NCBI GenBank assembly: GCA_036490535.1
Contig: DASXDR010000030.1
Span: 15,467 to 79,466 of the forward strand
Length of the DNA: 64,000 nucleotides
DNA from: Tepidisphaeraceae bacterium
GTDB lineage: Bacteria > Planctomycetota > Phycisphaerae > Tepidisphaerales > Tepidisphaeraceae
Direction of reading: 5' to 3'
Both the position numbers and the translations under genes were made by a program. Below the pieces are notes generated by a model. The model made no database searches. It worked only from the letters and a program-made list of their open reading frames with translations, and was not told the DNA's origin. Numbering within the stretch: position 1 is the first letter of the stretch; every line of letters starts with the position of its first letter. Positions 1 through 10,600 of the stretch are shown here, piece after piece.

Positions 1-871
1 CCAGAGGCATCGCGGGGTTGCGCCCGATGCTGGTCTGTTCATTCAAGGTTTTTTCGGGGTTTAGCGAGCCTTTGCTGATGATGAATTCGCTTTGCCAAGT
101 CGCGACGGGAGATTTTGGATTATAGCTCAAATTATAAGTGATTGTGGGATAAACCAGCGTAGCAGCGTGGCCGTCGACGAAAAGAATATTGGCTTTGCCG
201 TTGTGACGTAGCGCGGGATAGGTGTCCACGTGGTCATTCACGCCCATGCAGAAATCCTCGCTGTCGCGCTGATCGGGGATATCGCCTGTGAAATCCAGAG
301 AGACCCCATCTCCGACCAGAACAAAGTTTTCCGGATGGCGCACGTCCGTAACTTTAGCGAAGATGCTTCCCGTATTAGCTGGAATAGGCTCGGTGAAATC
401 GCCATGGCGAAGATAAGTGTTCATCTTGAACGTGCGCGCTGCTTCGCCGAGCGTGCCTTCGCTGGTTCCTGAGGGACTGTGATCATCAGGAAAATCGAGC
501 CAGACGATGCATTGCTTGATCTGACTGTACGTGCGATCAGCAGCCACGCCCTTGCGCGAGCTATCGCTTTGCACGCGCTGCAGGTAAGGATCCAGCGCGT
601 TAAACCAAACATCGGCTTCGTCGCTTACGGCGTTCTTCGCCCCCGGCGGCGTGCCCTGGCTGGTAATGGGGTAGGGTAAATAGCCATTTTTTTCGTTCTC
701 GTACATGGTAAACGCCTGCCCCAATGTGCGGAGATTGGCAAGACAATCGAGTGTGCGCGAAACAACGCGCGCCTTATTCAAGGCGGGCAAAAGCATGCCG
801 ACCAGTACCGCAATAATGCCAATGACAACCAGCAATTCCACGAGCGTAAAGCCCTTACAACGCTTGTGCAT
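1..871 (-). CDS. DUF1559 / prepilin-type N-terminal cleavage-methylation domain protein; C-terminus lies beyond the window start
   Basis: Absent from the ORF track because it runs off the window. My reverse translation from the ATG at 869-871 gives MHKRCKGFTLVELLVVIGIIAVLVGMLLPALNKAR... (pilin-like leader plus hydrophobic helix) and later ...NILFVDGHA..., typical of DUF1559. Confidence 0.8.
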   Translation of the reverse strand, partial: MHKRCKGFTLVELLVVIGIIAVLVGMLLPALNKARVVSRTLDCLANLRTLGQAFTMYENEKNGYLPYPITSQGTPPGAKNAVSDEADVWFNALDPYLQRVQSDSSRKGVAADRTYSQIKQCIVWLDFPDDHSPSGTSEGTLGEAARTFKMNTYLRHGDFTEPIPANTGSIFAKVTDVRHPENFVLVGDGVSLDFTGDIPDQRDSEDFCMGVNDHVDTYPALRHNGKANILFVDGHAATLVYPTITYNLSYNPKSPVATWQSEFIISKGSLNPEKTLNEQTSIGRNPAMPL

Positions 872-988
872 GAAACCTTCCCAACAGTAGAGAAATGGCG
901 TACCGGAGAAAAAATTAACCGCACAGAAAAGGATTTGCAATAGGACGAAAAAATTCCGGGTGTAAGTATTGCTTGTGCGGCATAAAGA

Positions 989-1092
989 AGAGACCGCGAA
1001 ATCGCGAAGTCGCGAAAAAATGCCGCGAAAGGTTCAGAAATATAAATCTTTTTCGCGTCTTCCTTCGCGCTATCGCGTCTTCGCGTTCTCTT
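989..1092. repeat. GCGAAG-word imperfect palindrome (copy 1)
   Basis: Left arm GACCGCGAAATCGCGAAGTCGCGAAAAAATGCCGCGAAAGG, AT-rich spacer, right arm CTTTTTCGCGTCTTCCTTCGCGCTATCGCGTCTTCGCGTTCTC. Same architecture and words as 25887-25990. Confidence 0.8.
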
Positions 1093-1174
1093 TGCAGCTT
1101 TGTAGCTAGAATCGTAAGTTTCGCCCGAGAATCCCCTCACCACTGAAATCGCGAGGCCGTAGCGATATATGCGC

Positions 1175-1210
1175 AAAAAAGAACCGCGGCCTGGGGGGGA
1201 GACCGCGGTT
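1175..1210 (-). terminator. Rho-independent terminator on the minus strand
   Basis: 8-bp GC-rich stem AACCGCGG/CCGCGGTT (1182-1189 / 1203-1210). On the minus strand it is followed by TTTTTT (A-run 1175-1180 on plus). Confidence 0.55.
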
Positions 1211-1510
1211 TGCTACGCCGTTGAGGCGTAGTGGTCCGGGAGGGGGGGACCCGGACCTACGAGGTTTGATATTGGGGCGAATGATTAATTCGCCAGGCCC
1301 CCGGTAAAAGTCATCGACGCCTTACCAACGCCGGTGTCTTGTATAATCGAGCCCTTTTTTCCCAATCCATCAGGTTAGCCATTTGAATGACCCGCCTGAC
1401 TTGTGCAAGTATATTATCGCTATAACCAAAATCAAGGGCTTTAAACGAAAGATTTTCCCCTATGGCTTGAGCGTCCGCTTTAGGATTAATCGACCATTGA
1501 ATTAGCATAC

Positions 1511-2650
1511 ATGGTTCATCGCAGTTCATTATTATCGCTCGTCGCAGCGGCACTTACATTGAGTATCGGCCCTGCCTATGCGGTGGAAACGGCATCTACC
1601 TCTGAGGAGGCATCCTCACTGTACTGGGCAGCATTTAAGAGTTTTCCGAATGACGGGAACTCGACCCGCGTGCTTCGCAACTGGGATTCGGCTCCGCTGG
1701 ATTCGGCGACCGAGCAGACCACACAGGCAGGGAAGATAAGCCTGGATTTTCTCACCCGAGCGGCACAATTGCAGGATTGCGATTGGCACCTGGACTATAG
1801 CAAGGGGCCGGAATTGCTTCTGCCGCAGTTGAACAAGGGGCGAGCGTTAGGGCAACTGGCCTGGCTGCGGGCGCGGATGGAATTTCATCGTGAGCAGTGG
1901 ATTGCAGGGATAGATGATGTGGTCAATTCCATAGTTCTTGCCCGGCATCTGAGCATGGACAAAACCATGATCGGATTGTTGGTTCGCTTTGCGATGGAAG
2001 CTAATGCAATCAAGACACTGACGCCGGAATTGCTCAAAATGGATAAACCCGCATTGGCGCATTTATCAGAGCGGCTGGCGGATTTGCCATCGGGAAGCAC
2101 GCTGTTGCAGACGGTTCAGATGGAGGAAGAATTTAGTCTTGGATGGCTGCAGAAGCGCGCCGAGCGGAGTGCGGCAGTTGGCGATCCGATGGATTGGGGA
2201 TATATAGCTAAATGGATGGACCAGAGCGGTTCTGCATCATGGGCGAATGTCCGCAATGCGCCGGCGGAAGATGTTCTGGCGGACGTTTCCTCACTGCGCG
2301 CGTGTCTCGATGCTGCTCGCCAGATAATTCGCAACTCCACTGATCAGCGGCAAACGGTAGCAGCATTACAAGATCTATCGAAGAGAAACGCGTCGTTGCC
2401 GCTGGTGGATATATTTCTTCCTGACTATTCCAGGACGTTCACCGATGATGCCGCGAGCCGAACGATGATTGTGTTGCTGCAAGATGCGGTGGCGATTGCC
2501 AAAGATGGGTCAACCGCGACGAGCAATCTCCGCGATCCGGTGGATCATCGGGCGATTGAATATCGTGTTGAGCCCGGGGGATTTGAGCTGATCTCGCGCG
2601 TTACGAATCGGAATGGCCAAGTTACGCTGCGCGTTACGAAGAGTGAGTGA
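1511..2650 (+). CDS. Secreted hypothetical protein (mostly helical)
   Basis: 379-aa ORF with a clear signal peptide (MVHRSSLLSLVAAALTLSIGPAYA). No catalytic motif recognised. Confidence 0.7.
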   Translation: MVHRSSLLSLVAAALTLSIGPAYAVETASTSEEASSLYWAAFKSFPNDGNSTRVLRNWDSAPLDSATEQTTQAGKISLDFLTRAAQLQDCDWHLDYSKGPELLLPQLNKGRALGQLAWLRARMEFHREQWIAGIDDVVNSIVLARHLSMDKTMIGLLVRFAMEANAIKTLTPELLKMDKPALAHLSERLADLPSGSTLLQTVQMEEEFSLGWLQKRAERSAAVGDPMDWGYIAKWMDQSGSASWANVRNAPAEDVLADVSSLRACLDAARQIIRNSTDQRQTVAALQDLSKRNASLPLVDIFLPDYSRTFTDDAASRTMIVLLQDAVAIAKDGSTATSNLRDPVDHRAIEYRVEPGGFELISRVTNRNGQVTLRVTKSE

Positions 2651-2719
2651 AATACGACACGCGGCTTGATTTTCCGTCGGGGTAAGTTTCAGCGTTCAGA
2701 ATTCAGCGTTCATGAAAGA

Positions 2720-3079
2720 TCAGCCAGGCGTACGGCGCGGCACGCCAGTGCGGGCGACGTTGGCGCTGGAGGTTTGGCTATGGCCTTTTTGCTGATCGCG
2801 CTGATGCGAAGAGCCGGAGCGTTGCGGGCCGGTGGTGTTCATGAATTGATCCAGATTGCCCAGGCTCGGGGAATTGACGGATTCCTTCAGGTTTTTAAAT
2901 GCGCCGGATTCCTTTTTGGCTGGCTCGTTCGCGGAGGGCTTGCGAAGCAGCATGCGCGCGGCGGATTCGGCGGCGAGGTTGGTATCGATGGATGGAAAGC
3001 CAGCGGGCGAAGAAGCGCCAGATGCTTTCTTAGCGGGTTTCTTGAGGGAAGCGGATTCGGTCTTTTTTGCTTTGGCCAT
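2720..3079 (-). CDS. Small basic, low-complexity hypothetical protein
   Basis: 119-aa ORF, Lys/Ser/Ala/Pro-rich. C/G-rich third codon positions match the neighbouring genes. Several overlapping ORFs compete in this region. Confidence 0.45.
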   Translation of the reverse strand: MAKAKKTESASLKKPAKKASGASSPAGFPSIDTNLAAESAARMLLRKPSANEPAKKESGAFKNLKESVNSPSLGNLDQFMNTTGPQRSGSSHQRDQQKGHSQTSSANVARTGVPRRTPG

Positions 3080-3119
3080 GGGAGTATCTTAGCAGGGTAA
3101 ATCGCAAAGCTGCAAGCGG

Positions 3120-4550
3120 TTATTTTGTCCATAACGCCATGAATTGTTCTACCGGCATCTGGTCCAGTTTGGCTTCGTCGCCCAAAAGAGCCAGCAGCGA
3201 ATCGGATTTTTCGTGGCTGAACTGCGCGGAGACGGCGGCGTGGAATTTTTGTTGTAACAGGGGAATGGCATCTTTACGGCGACGGCGATGGCCGATTGGA
3301 TAGTGGATTTCCACACGGGGTGATGCCGTGCCATCGCTGAAGAAGATTTGGATGGCATTGGCGATGCTGCGCTTTTCGGGGTCGAGATAGTCGATGGAAT
3401 ATTGCTTGTTTTCGATGACCTGCATCTTGTTTCGCAGCGGGTCGATGCGCGGGTCGGCGGCGATCTTGTCTTCGTAGTGTTCGGCAGTCAGCGTGCCGAA
3501 CAGAAGCGGAATCGCGACCATGTATTGGATGCAATGATCGCGGTCGGCGGGGTTGTTCAATGGGCCGGTCTTGTCGATGATCCGCACGGAGCTTTCCTGC
3601 GTTTCGATGACGATGCGGTCGATTTTATCCAGGCGGCCTTTGACCTTTTCGTGCAATTGCACGGCAGCTTCGACGGCGGTCTGGGCGTGGAACTCGGCTG
3701 GATAAGAGACTTTGAAAAGCACGTGTTCCATGACGTAGGAACCGAAGGGGCGAGCAATGGAGAAGCGATTGCCACGGAAGAGGGAGTCGTAGAAGCCCCA
3801 GGTTTTGGCGGATAGCGCGGTGGGATAGCCGATCTGGCCGCGAAGGACAAGTAAGGCCACGCGTACAGCACGGCTCGTTGCGTCGCCCGCGGCCCAGGAT
3901 TTTCGAGGACCCGTATTGGGTGCATGCCGGTAAGTTCGTAGTGCGCCGCCATCAATCCAGGCGTGCGATAATGCGTCGACGATTTGATCCCTGGTGCCGC
4001 CGAGCATGGCAGTCGCCACAGCAGTGCTGGCGACGCGCACGAGAATGACGTGATCGAGGCCCACACGGTTGAACGCATTTTCCAGAGCGAGAATACCCTG
4101 GATTTCATGGGCCTGGATCATTCTTGTGAGTACGTCGCGGACCGTGAAGCGAGATTGGTTATGCCGCGCTTGATAATCGGCGACCGCAAGGATCGCTCCA
4201 ATATTGTCCGAGGGATGACCCCACTCGGCGGCAAGCCAGGTGTCGTTGTAGTCGAGCCAGCGAACGAGCGCTCCGATATTAAAAGCCGCTTGCAAGGGGT
4301 CGAGTTGGTAATTCGTGCCAGGCACCCGAGCGCCATTTTGTAATTCTGCGCCGGGGACGATTGGCCCCAGCAGATTAGTGCAGACGGGGAATTTCAGGGC
4401 CAGCATCATGCAGGCGAGTGAATCCATCAGGCAGAGGCGGGCGGTGGAATAGGCTTCGGGGCTGGTGATGGAATTAGCACTGACGTAGTCAGCGATGTCG
4501 ACCAGGAGTTGGTCAGGTGCGGGGCGAGTGGCGTTGGTGATGTCGTGCAT
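3120..4550 (-). CDS. prpD: 2-methylcitrate dehydratase (MmgE/PrpD family)
   Basis: 476 aa, PrpD-like throughout (e.g. [14 protein letters not shown]). Sits in a cluster with prpC and prpB. Confidence 0.9.
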   Translation of the reverse strand: MHDITNATRPAPDQLLVDIADYVSANSITSPEAYSTARLCLMDSLACMMLALKFPVCTNLLGPIVPGAELQNGARVPGTNYQLDPLQAAFNIGALVRWLDYNDTWLAAEWGHPSDNIGAILAVADYQARHNQSRFTVRDVLTRMIQAHEIQGILALENAFNRVGLDHVILVRVASTAVATAMLGGTRDQIVDALSHAWIDGGALRTYRHAPNTGPRKSWAAGDATSRAVRVALLVLRGQIGYPTALSAKTWGFYDSLFRGNRFSIARPFGSYVMEHVLFKVSYPAEFHAQTAVEAAVQLHEKVKGRLDKIDRIVIETQESSVRIIDKTGPLNNPADRDHCIQYMVAIPLLFGTLTAEHYEDKIAADPRIDPLRNKMQVIENKQYSIDYLDPEKRSIANAIQIFFSDGTASPRVEIHYPIGHRRRRKDAIPLLQQKFHAAVSAQFSHEKSDSLLALLGDEAKLDQMPVEQFMALWTK

Positions 4551-4568
4551 GATGATTTTAAAACTTAG

Positions 4569-4646
4569 TTAACCACGAAGACACGAACGTACGAAGAAGA
4601 AATTATATGAGATTTTCTTTTCGTGGCTTCGTGCCTTCGTGGTTCA
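4569..4646. repeat. AACCAC...GTGGTT-clamped periodic-word palindrome (copy A1)
   Basis: TTAACCACGAAGACACGAACGTACGAAGAAGAAA ... TTTCTTTTCGTGGCTTCGTGCCTTCGTGGTT. Fills the prpD-prpC gap. Confidence 0.85.
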
Positions 4647-4649
4647 AAT

Positions 4650-5756
4650 CTAAGAAGGAAATGCGCGCGGCTCGGGGCCGGTGTATTCGGCGCCGGGGCG
4701 GATGATTTTGTTGTCGCTGCGTTGTTCGAAAATATGGGCCGACCAGCCAGCGGTGCGAGCTATCACGAAGAGTGGAGTAAACATTGCTGTGGGAACACCG
4801 AGAAAGTGATAAGCACTGGCGGCATAAAAATCGAGATTGGGGAAGAGTTTCTTCTCGCGCATCATCACCGATTCAATACGCTCGGAAACCGGGTAAAGGC
4901 GTTTGTCATTCACTTCATCGGCCAGCTTTTTGGACCAACCTTTAATGATGTCGGAACGCGGATCGATAATGGTGTAGACCGGATGGCCGAAACCGAGGAG
5001 TTTTTCTTTTTTCGTCAGCGAATCGAGGATGCCTTTTTCGGCTTCGTCGGCGGTGTGGTAGCGATTGATTAATTCCATCGCCCCTTCGTTTGCTCCGCCG
5101 TGCAGTGCACCCCGCAAAGCGCCGATCGCGCCGGTGATGGCGGAATAGAAATCGGAAGCAGTGGATGAGATCAGGCGGGCGGTGAAAGTGGAAGCATTAA
5201 ATTCATGCTCAGCATAGAGGATCAGCGAGGCGTCGAGCGCGCGGCGCTGAGTATCCGTTGGAGATTTCCCGTGCAATAGATAAAGGAAATCGCCAGCGAT
5301 AGTATGCTCGGTAGTTTTGGTGTCGATGGGTTTGCCGGTGCGGTGGAATTGGTACCAATAGAGGAGCATAGATGGGAAGCAGGCGAGGAGGCGCTCGGCA
5401 ATCTTGTGCTGTTCGGAAATGCTTTTTTCAGGCTCGAGACAACCCAGAAGCGAGCAGCCTGTGCGGAGAACATCCATGGGGTGTGTATCAGCGGGAATAG
5501 ATTGAAGCATGGCACGAAGTTTCTCAGGCAAAGAGCGCGAGCGATTTAGTCGCTGGATGAAATCCTCGAGCTGAGATTTATTGGGGAGTTCACCGTTGAG
5601 AAGTAGATAAGCGACTTGCTCATAGGTGGCCTTGCTAGCCAGATCCTCAATGGCGTAGCCGCGATAGTGCAGGCCCTTGCCCTCACGCCCGACTGTGCAG
5701 ATTGCGGTTTTGCCGGCGGTGATGCCAGAAAGAACAACACCTTTTTTTTCACCCAT
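4650..5756 (-). CDS. prpC: 2-methylcitrate synthase / citrate synthase family
   Basis: 368 aa with citrate-synthase motifs LHGGANE and GFGHPVYT. Its start overlaps the prpB stop (TAATG). Confidence 0.9.
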   Translation of the reverse strand: MGEKKGVVLSGITAGKTAICTVGREGKGLHYRGYAIEDLASKATYEQVAYLLLNGELPNKSQLEDFIQRLNRSRSLPEKLRAMLQSIPADTHPMDVLRTGCSLLGCLEPEKSISEQHKIAERLLACFPSMLLYWYQFHRTGKPIDTKTTEHTIAGDFLYLLHGKSPTDTQRRALDASLILYAEHEFNASTFTARLISSTASDFYSAITGAIGALRGALHGGANEGAMELINRYHTADEAEKGILDSLTKKEKLLGFGHPVYTIIDPRSDIIKGWSKKLADEVNDKRLYPVSERIESVMMREKKLFPNLDFYAASAYHFLGVPTAMFTPLFVIARTAGWSAHIFEQRSDNKIIRPGAEYTGPEPRAFPS

Positions 5757-6637
5757 TATTTTTTCTCCTGCTGGAAAAGCTGATCCAGTTTTTGCTCGTA
5801 AGCATGATAGTGAAGCACTTCGTAAAGCTCTTGCCGGGTTTGCATTTTGTCGATCAGGGATTTTTGCGTGCCGGCCGCGCGGAGGGTTTTATAAGTTTGC
5901 TCGGCGGCGAAGCTCATAGCGCGGAAGGCGGAAAGAGGATAAAGGGCGATACCCACGCCAGCCGATCGCAGCTCTTCGATCGTGAACATGGGCGTTTTGC
6001 CGAACTCGGTGATGTTGGCGAGAACGGGGACTCTGATCGCGGCAGTAAATTGGCGAAATTCGTCCAGCGTGGCCAGGGCCTCGGCGAAAATCATGTCCGC
6101 CCCAGCTTTAACATATGCATTAGCGCGATCAATTGCAGATTGCAATCCTTCGACAGCGTGGGCGTCGGTGCGGGCCATGATGACGAATTGATCATCGGTA
6201 CGGGCGTCGACGGCGGTTTTGATGCGGTCGCGCATTTCTTCAGACGAGACAAGCGCTTTACCGGGCCGATGGCCGCAGCGCTTGGCTTGAACCTGATCTT
6301 CCAGATGCATCGCCGCAGCGCCGGCGCTGGTGAATTCGCGCACCGTGCGGGTGATGTTGAACGCCGAACCAAAACCCGTGTCGGCATCGACTAATAATGG
6401 TAGATCGACGGCTAGGGTAATTCGGCGGATGTCCTCAGCGACATCATTGCTGGTGGTGATGCCGAGATCAGGCAGGCCAAAGGACGCGTTGGCGACGCCG
6501 GCGCCGGAAAGATAGAGCGCTTTGAATCCCGCGCGTTGGGCGAGAAGAGCGGCGTATGCGTTGATGACGCCGGGGATTTGCAGGGGATTTTCCGCGGTGA
6601 CGGCGGCGCGAAATTGTTTGCCCGGAGAAGAATTCAC
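5756..6637 (-). CDS. prpB: Methylisocitrate lyase
   Basis: 293 aa with the PEP-mutase/isocitrate-lyase signature KRCGHRPGK. Adjacent to prpC and prpD. Confidence 0.9.
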   Translation of the reverse strand: MNSSPGKQFRAAVTAENPLQIPGVINAYAALLAQRAGFKALYLSGAGVANASFGLPDLGITTSNDVAEDIRRITLAVDLPLLVDADTGFGSAFNITRTVREFTSAGAAAMHLEDQVQAKRCGHRPGKALVSSEEMRDRIKTAVDARTDDQFVIMARTDAHAVEGLQSAIDRANAYVKAGADMIFAEALATLDEFRQFTAAIRVPVLANITEFGKTPMFTIEELRSAGVGIALYPLSAFRAMSFAAEQTYKTLRAAGTQKSLIDKMQTRQELYEVLHYHAYEQKLDQLFQQEKK

Positions 6638-6690
6638 AGGACTTGTAAATTAGCAGAAAACGCGCTGGGTTGCGACGCGATAAATCCAAA

Positions 6691-7572
6691 TTATGGATTG
6701 GCACGGGCCAATTTTTGCACGGCTTTGAAAAGCGCCTGTGTGCCGGCGCGGCCATCGCCATCTTGCTGGGCGTTCTGGAATAGTTGATGCACCAGATGCA
6801 CGGCGGCGAGTTTTAATTTCGCTTCTACCGCGGCTTGTTCGACTAATCGCAAATCTTTGAGTTGGAGATCGATCATAAATCCGGGCGCGAAATCGCCGGC
6901 GAGCATGCGCGGGCCGAGGTTGTTGAATTGCCACGAGGAGCCAGCGCCGCCGCCGAGCGCTGCCAGAGTTTTCTGTGGGTCGAGGCCGTTTTGCGTGGCG
7001 AAGGTCAGTGCTTCGCAGGTCGCGAGATTGGTGAGAGTGACGAGGATTTGGTTAGTGAGTTTGGTGAGCTGACCGGCCCCGGATGGGCCGCAGTGGGTGA
7101 TGGTCTTGCCCATCAATTTCAGATAAGGATCGACGGTGCTGAATGCTTCTGCGTTGCCACCAATCATGATCGAGAGCGTGGCATTTTTCGCGCCGACGTC
7201 GCCGCCGGAGATTGGGGCGTCGAGCAGCGTTGCGCCTTTTTCTCGCAACTGCTTGGCCATCGTGCGCGTCGCGGATGGGGAAATGGTGGAATGATCCACA
7301 ATGATCTGGCCTGCGCGAACGACAGGAAGAATCTGGTTAATCACCGATTGCACATCGGGTGTGTCGGGAAGACAGAAAAAAATAATATCTGCGGATTTGG
7401 CTGCTTCAGCAGCAGAATTGGCCCATTTGGCGCCTTGAGTTATTAACGGATCAGCTTTGGATTTGGTGCGCGAGAAGACGGTCAATGGGCTTCCAGCTTT
7501 GAGCAGATGCCCGGCCATGGGTTGGCCCATAATGCCTAAGCCGATAAACGCGAGAGGCTTCTGGTTTTCCAT
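6691..7572 (-). CDS. NAD(P)-dependent oxidoreductase, 3-hydroxyisobutyrate / 2-hydroxy-3-oxopropionate reductase family
   Basis: 293 aa with an N-terminal Rossmann motif (FIGLGIMGQPMAGHL) and family-typical length. Confidence 0.8.
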   Translation of the reverse strand: MENQKPLAFIGLGIMGQPMAGHLLKAGSPLTVFSRTKSKADPLITQGAKWANSAAEAAKSADIIFFCLPDTPDVQSVINQILPVVRAGQIIVDHSTISPSATRTMAKQLREKGATLLDAPISGGDVGAKNATLSIMIGGNAEAFSTVDPYLKLMGKTITHCGPSGAGQLTKLTNQILVTLTNLATCEALTFATQNGLDPQKTLAALGGGAGSSWQFNNLGPRMLAGDFAPGFMIDLQLKDLRLVEQAAVEAKLKLAAVHLVHQLFQNAQQDGDGRAGTQALFKAVQKLARANP

Positions 7573-7581
7573 GAGAAATAT

Positions 7582-7670
7582 TTAACCACGAAGGCACCAA
7601 GACGCGAAGAATCTCAAATCAAAAATTTAAATTTGAAATTTTCTAGTGTCTTCGTGCCTTCGTGTTGAAC
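7582..7670. repeat. AACCAC...-clamped periodic-word palindrome (copy A2)
   Basis: TTAACCACGAAGGCACCAAGACGCGAAGAA ... TTCTAGTGTCTTCGTGCCTTCGTGTTGAAC. The centre is itself palindromic (AAATTTAAATTT). Confidence 0.8.
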
Positions 7671-7672
7671 AA

Positions 7673-10600
7673 TTATTTAAATCTCTCAGCGAAAGCGCGG
7701 GCGGCCACAAGAGCGTCTGGTAATTTCGCGGGGTCTTTGCCGCCGGCTTGGGCCATGTTGGGGCGACCGCCTCCGCCACCTCCGGTCACCTTTGCTGCTT
7801 CTTTAACCCAATCGCCAGCCTTTAAACCTTTGGCGATCAGATCGTCGCTGACCACGGAGACGAAATTCACTTTGCCGTCGGAAGCGGTGGCGAGGAGGAT
7901 ACCGTAGCTGGTCAGGCGCTTTCGGAGCGAGTCGATGATGCCTAGGACCTGCTCGTTGGTCGCGTCGGGGATGTCGGCGACGATGATTTTTGCGCCGCCT
8001 GCGTCGCTGGCTTGCTGGAGCAGATTGTCGGCGATGGCGCCGAGATCGAGTTTGGAGGCGGGGCCACGCTGGGATTTTTCCCAGGCTTTGTATTTGCTCT
8101 GCAGATCGGCGATGGCGGTGTGAAGATGACGCTTGGTGCGGAGTGCGAGATTTTCGCTGTTGGAAAGCTTTTGAAGATTCGCCAATTGCTGCGGGATGGA
8201 CGAATCAGTGGCTTGGCGGGCCTGGCTGATGGCGCGTTCAACTTCATCGGCTATTTGCGAGGCGGATACTGCGGCGGGGCCGGTCAGGGCGACGATTCGG
8301 CGGATGCCTTTGCTGACGGATTCTTCGGCGGTGATGATGAATTTTTCGGCATCGCAGGAATTGCCGAGATGCGTGCCGCCGCAGAATTCGATCGAATATT
8401 GCCGCCATTTCTGGTGGGTCGGGTCGGCGAGCAAATCCTTTACGGGAACGCCCACGCTGACGACGCGCACCATGGGGGGATATTTTTCGCCGAAGACGGC
8501 GCGGAGGCCGTGGATTTTCAGGGCTTTTTCCTGCGGGGCAGTTTCGGCATAAACGGCGAGCTTTTCGACGATGCGCTGATTCACCAATGTTTCGACGCGG
8601 GCCAGCTCATCATCGGACATCGATTTGCCATGGGAGAAATCGAAGCGGAGTTTTTCGGGGTCGACTAGCGAGCCTTTCTGCTGCACTTCTTCGCCGAGGA
8701 CTTCGCGAAGCGCCCAGTTGGCCAGGTGCGTGGTGGTGTGATTCTTCTGCGTCAGCGAGCGTTTGTCGGCGACGGCGGCGGTGACTTTTTCGCCGACGGC
8801 GATCTTGCCGCTGCGCAGGCGGCCGATGTGCAATATAAAACCGCCGACTATTTTGGTGGTTTCGACATCGAATACGGATGCGCTGGCGCGGGCTTTATCA
8901 CCGAGATCAAGACTGGTTGGTGCGGTGAGCGTGCCGGTGTCGCCGACCTGGCCACCCATTTCGGCGTAGAAATTGGTGCGATCGAGAATGATCGCGATCT
9001 GCTCATCATCGCCAGCATCGATGGGGGAAGAGCCGAGGTCATCGCCGTTCCAGATGGCTAATACCTGGGCGGAGATTGGCTCGGCGGAAAATTTCGCGGA
9101 ATCGTCGGTGGGCTTGATTCCCTGTTTCGCCAGATCGGCCAGAATCGCTGGTGGCAATTCGCTGAGCTTTTTGCCTTCGTCGGTCTTTCCGCCGGCGCGG
9201 GCGAGTTCTTTGGCTTGCTCCATTAATTTTTCGTAGCCAGCCAGATCGACGGTCATGCCACGCTCTTCGGCCATGATGCGCGTGAGGTCGATGGGGAAGC
9301 CGTAGGTGTCGTGGAGTTTGAAGGCGTCAGTTGCAGGAATAGACGAAACGATCCCGACGGTACGAAGACTATCGATGGCGTCTTTCAGGTTAACCACGGA
9401 GTGGAAACCCGTAATGTCCTTAACCTCGATAGACCTCTCGCTAAATCCGCCGCCGATAGCAGCCGTAACTTCAGAATTAACACGCTTAGCGTAATCTCGT
9501 CCAATCGCCCACGTAACCGCGTCCTCAAATAACACCAAGCCGCGATCTAAAGTTTTTCCGAAGCTAATTTCTTCTTCCCGGATTAAGTCCACTACGCGCA
9601 TCGGATTCTTCCTCAACTCCGGAAACGCCCCGCCCATCGCATCGACAAGCACCGGCACCAGCTTATGCAAAAACGGCTCTTTCAATTCCAACTGCTGCCG
9701 CCCGAATCGGACGGCTCGGCGGAGGATTCTTCGCAGCACATAGCCGCGGCCTTCATTGCTCGGCACCGCGCCATCGGTCAGGGCAAAGGTCAGCGAGCGG
9801 ATATGATCGGCGATCACGCGGAAGGCGATGTCGGTGCGCAGCTGCGCGTCGGCGGCTTCGGCGGCGGGGTCGGGGGCGTTGGTTTTCGGATAGGTGCCGG
9901 CATATTTTCGGCCTGAGAGATCCGACAGGACCTGCCAGAAGGGGTGGAATAGATCGATCCCGTACATGTCGGATTTGTCCTGGAGGATCGAGCAAATTCG
10001 CTCGAAGCCCATGCCGGTGTCGACATGCTGCGCGGGGAGCGGCGTCAGCGAGCGATCGGGGTTGCGGTTGTACTGGATGAAGACGAGGTTCCAGAATTCC
10101 ATCACGCGCGGGTCGTCGCCATTCACGGGGGCGCGGCGGCCGGCGGCGCGGTCGGCGTCGATTTCGGATTGCGGGCGGCGATCGATATTGATCTCGGTGC
10201 ACGGGCCGCACGGGCCGGTGTCGCCCATCTCCCAGAAATTATCCTTGGCGGCAAAGTAATGAATCTGGTGATCAGACAGGCCGGCGATTTCTTTCCAGAG
10301 CTGCGCGGCTTCGGTATCGCGGGGGACGCCGTTTTTTTCATCGCCTTCGAAGCAAGTTACGTGCAGCCGAGTGGGATCCATTTTCCAGACTTCGGTGAGC
10401 AGCTGCCAGGCCATCTCGATGGCGCCGCGCTTGAAATAATCGCCGAAGGACCAGTTGCCGAGCATTTCGAAAAATGTGCCATGGCGGCGGGAGCGGCCGA
10501 CGTCATCGAGATCGTTATGCTTTCCGCCGGCGCGGATGCATTTCTGCGTGTTGGCTGCGCGGGTGTAGGTGCGTTTTTCCTGGCCTAGAAAGATCGGCTT

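Noticed and set aside
1311-1553. An 80-aa minus-strand ORF (or 65 aa from the ATG at 1508) as a real small protein gene.
   Set aside because: Not rejected outright, but not called. There is no recognisable motif, it sits in AT-rich sequence, and the long form overlaps the start of the 1511 gene. I mention it only as possible context for the downstream hairpin module.
4569-4646. Whether the periodic word repeats (here and at 7582, 10758, 15327, 25887, 37563, 55030 and 60661) could be CRISPR arrays.
   Set aside because: The repeat units are only 7-10 nt and directly abutting, with no unique spacers. The arrays are 3-4 units long and always paired with an inverted copy. No cas genes are present.
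9341-9514. Whether the AlaRS insertion is a decayed AACCAC-type element, since it contains GTTAACCACGGAG and TACGAAGAC.
   Set aside because: No long arm complementarity; only 5-8 bp local stems such as AGGTTAA/TTAACCT. The word matches are short enough to be chance. I kept it only as a protein-level insertion.
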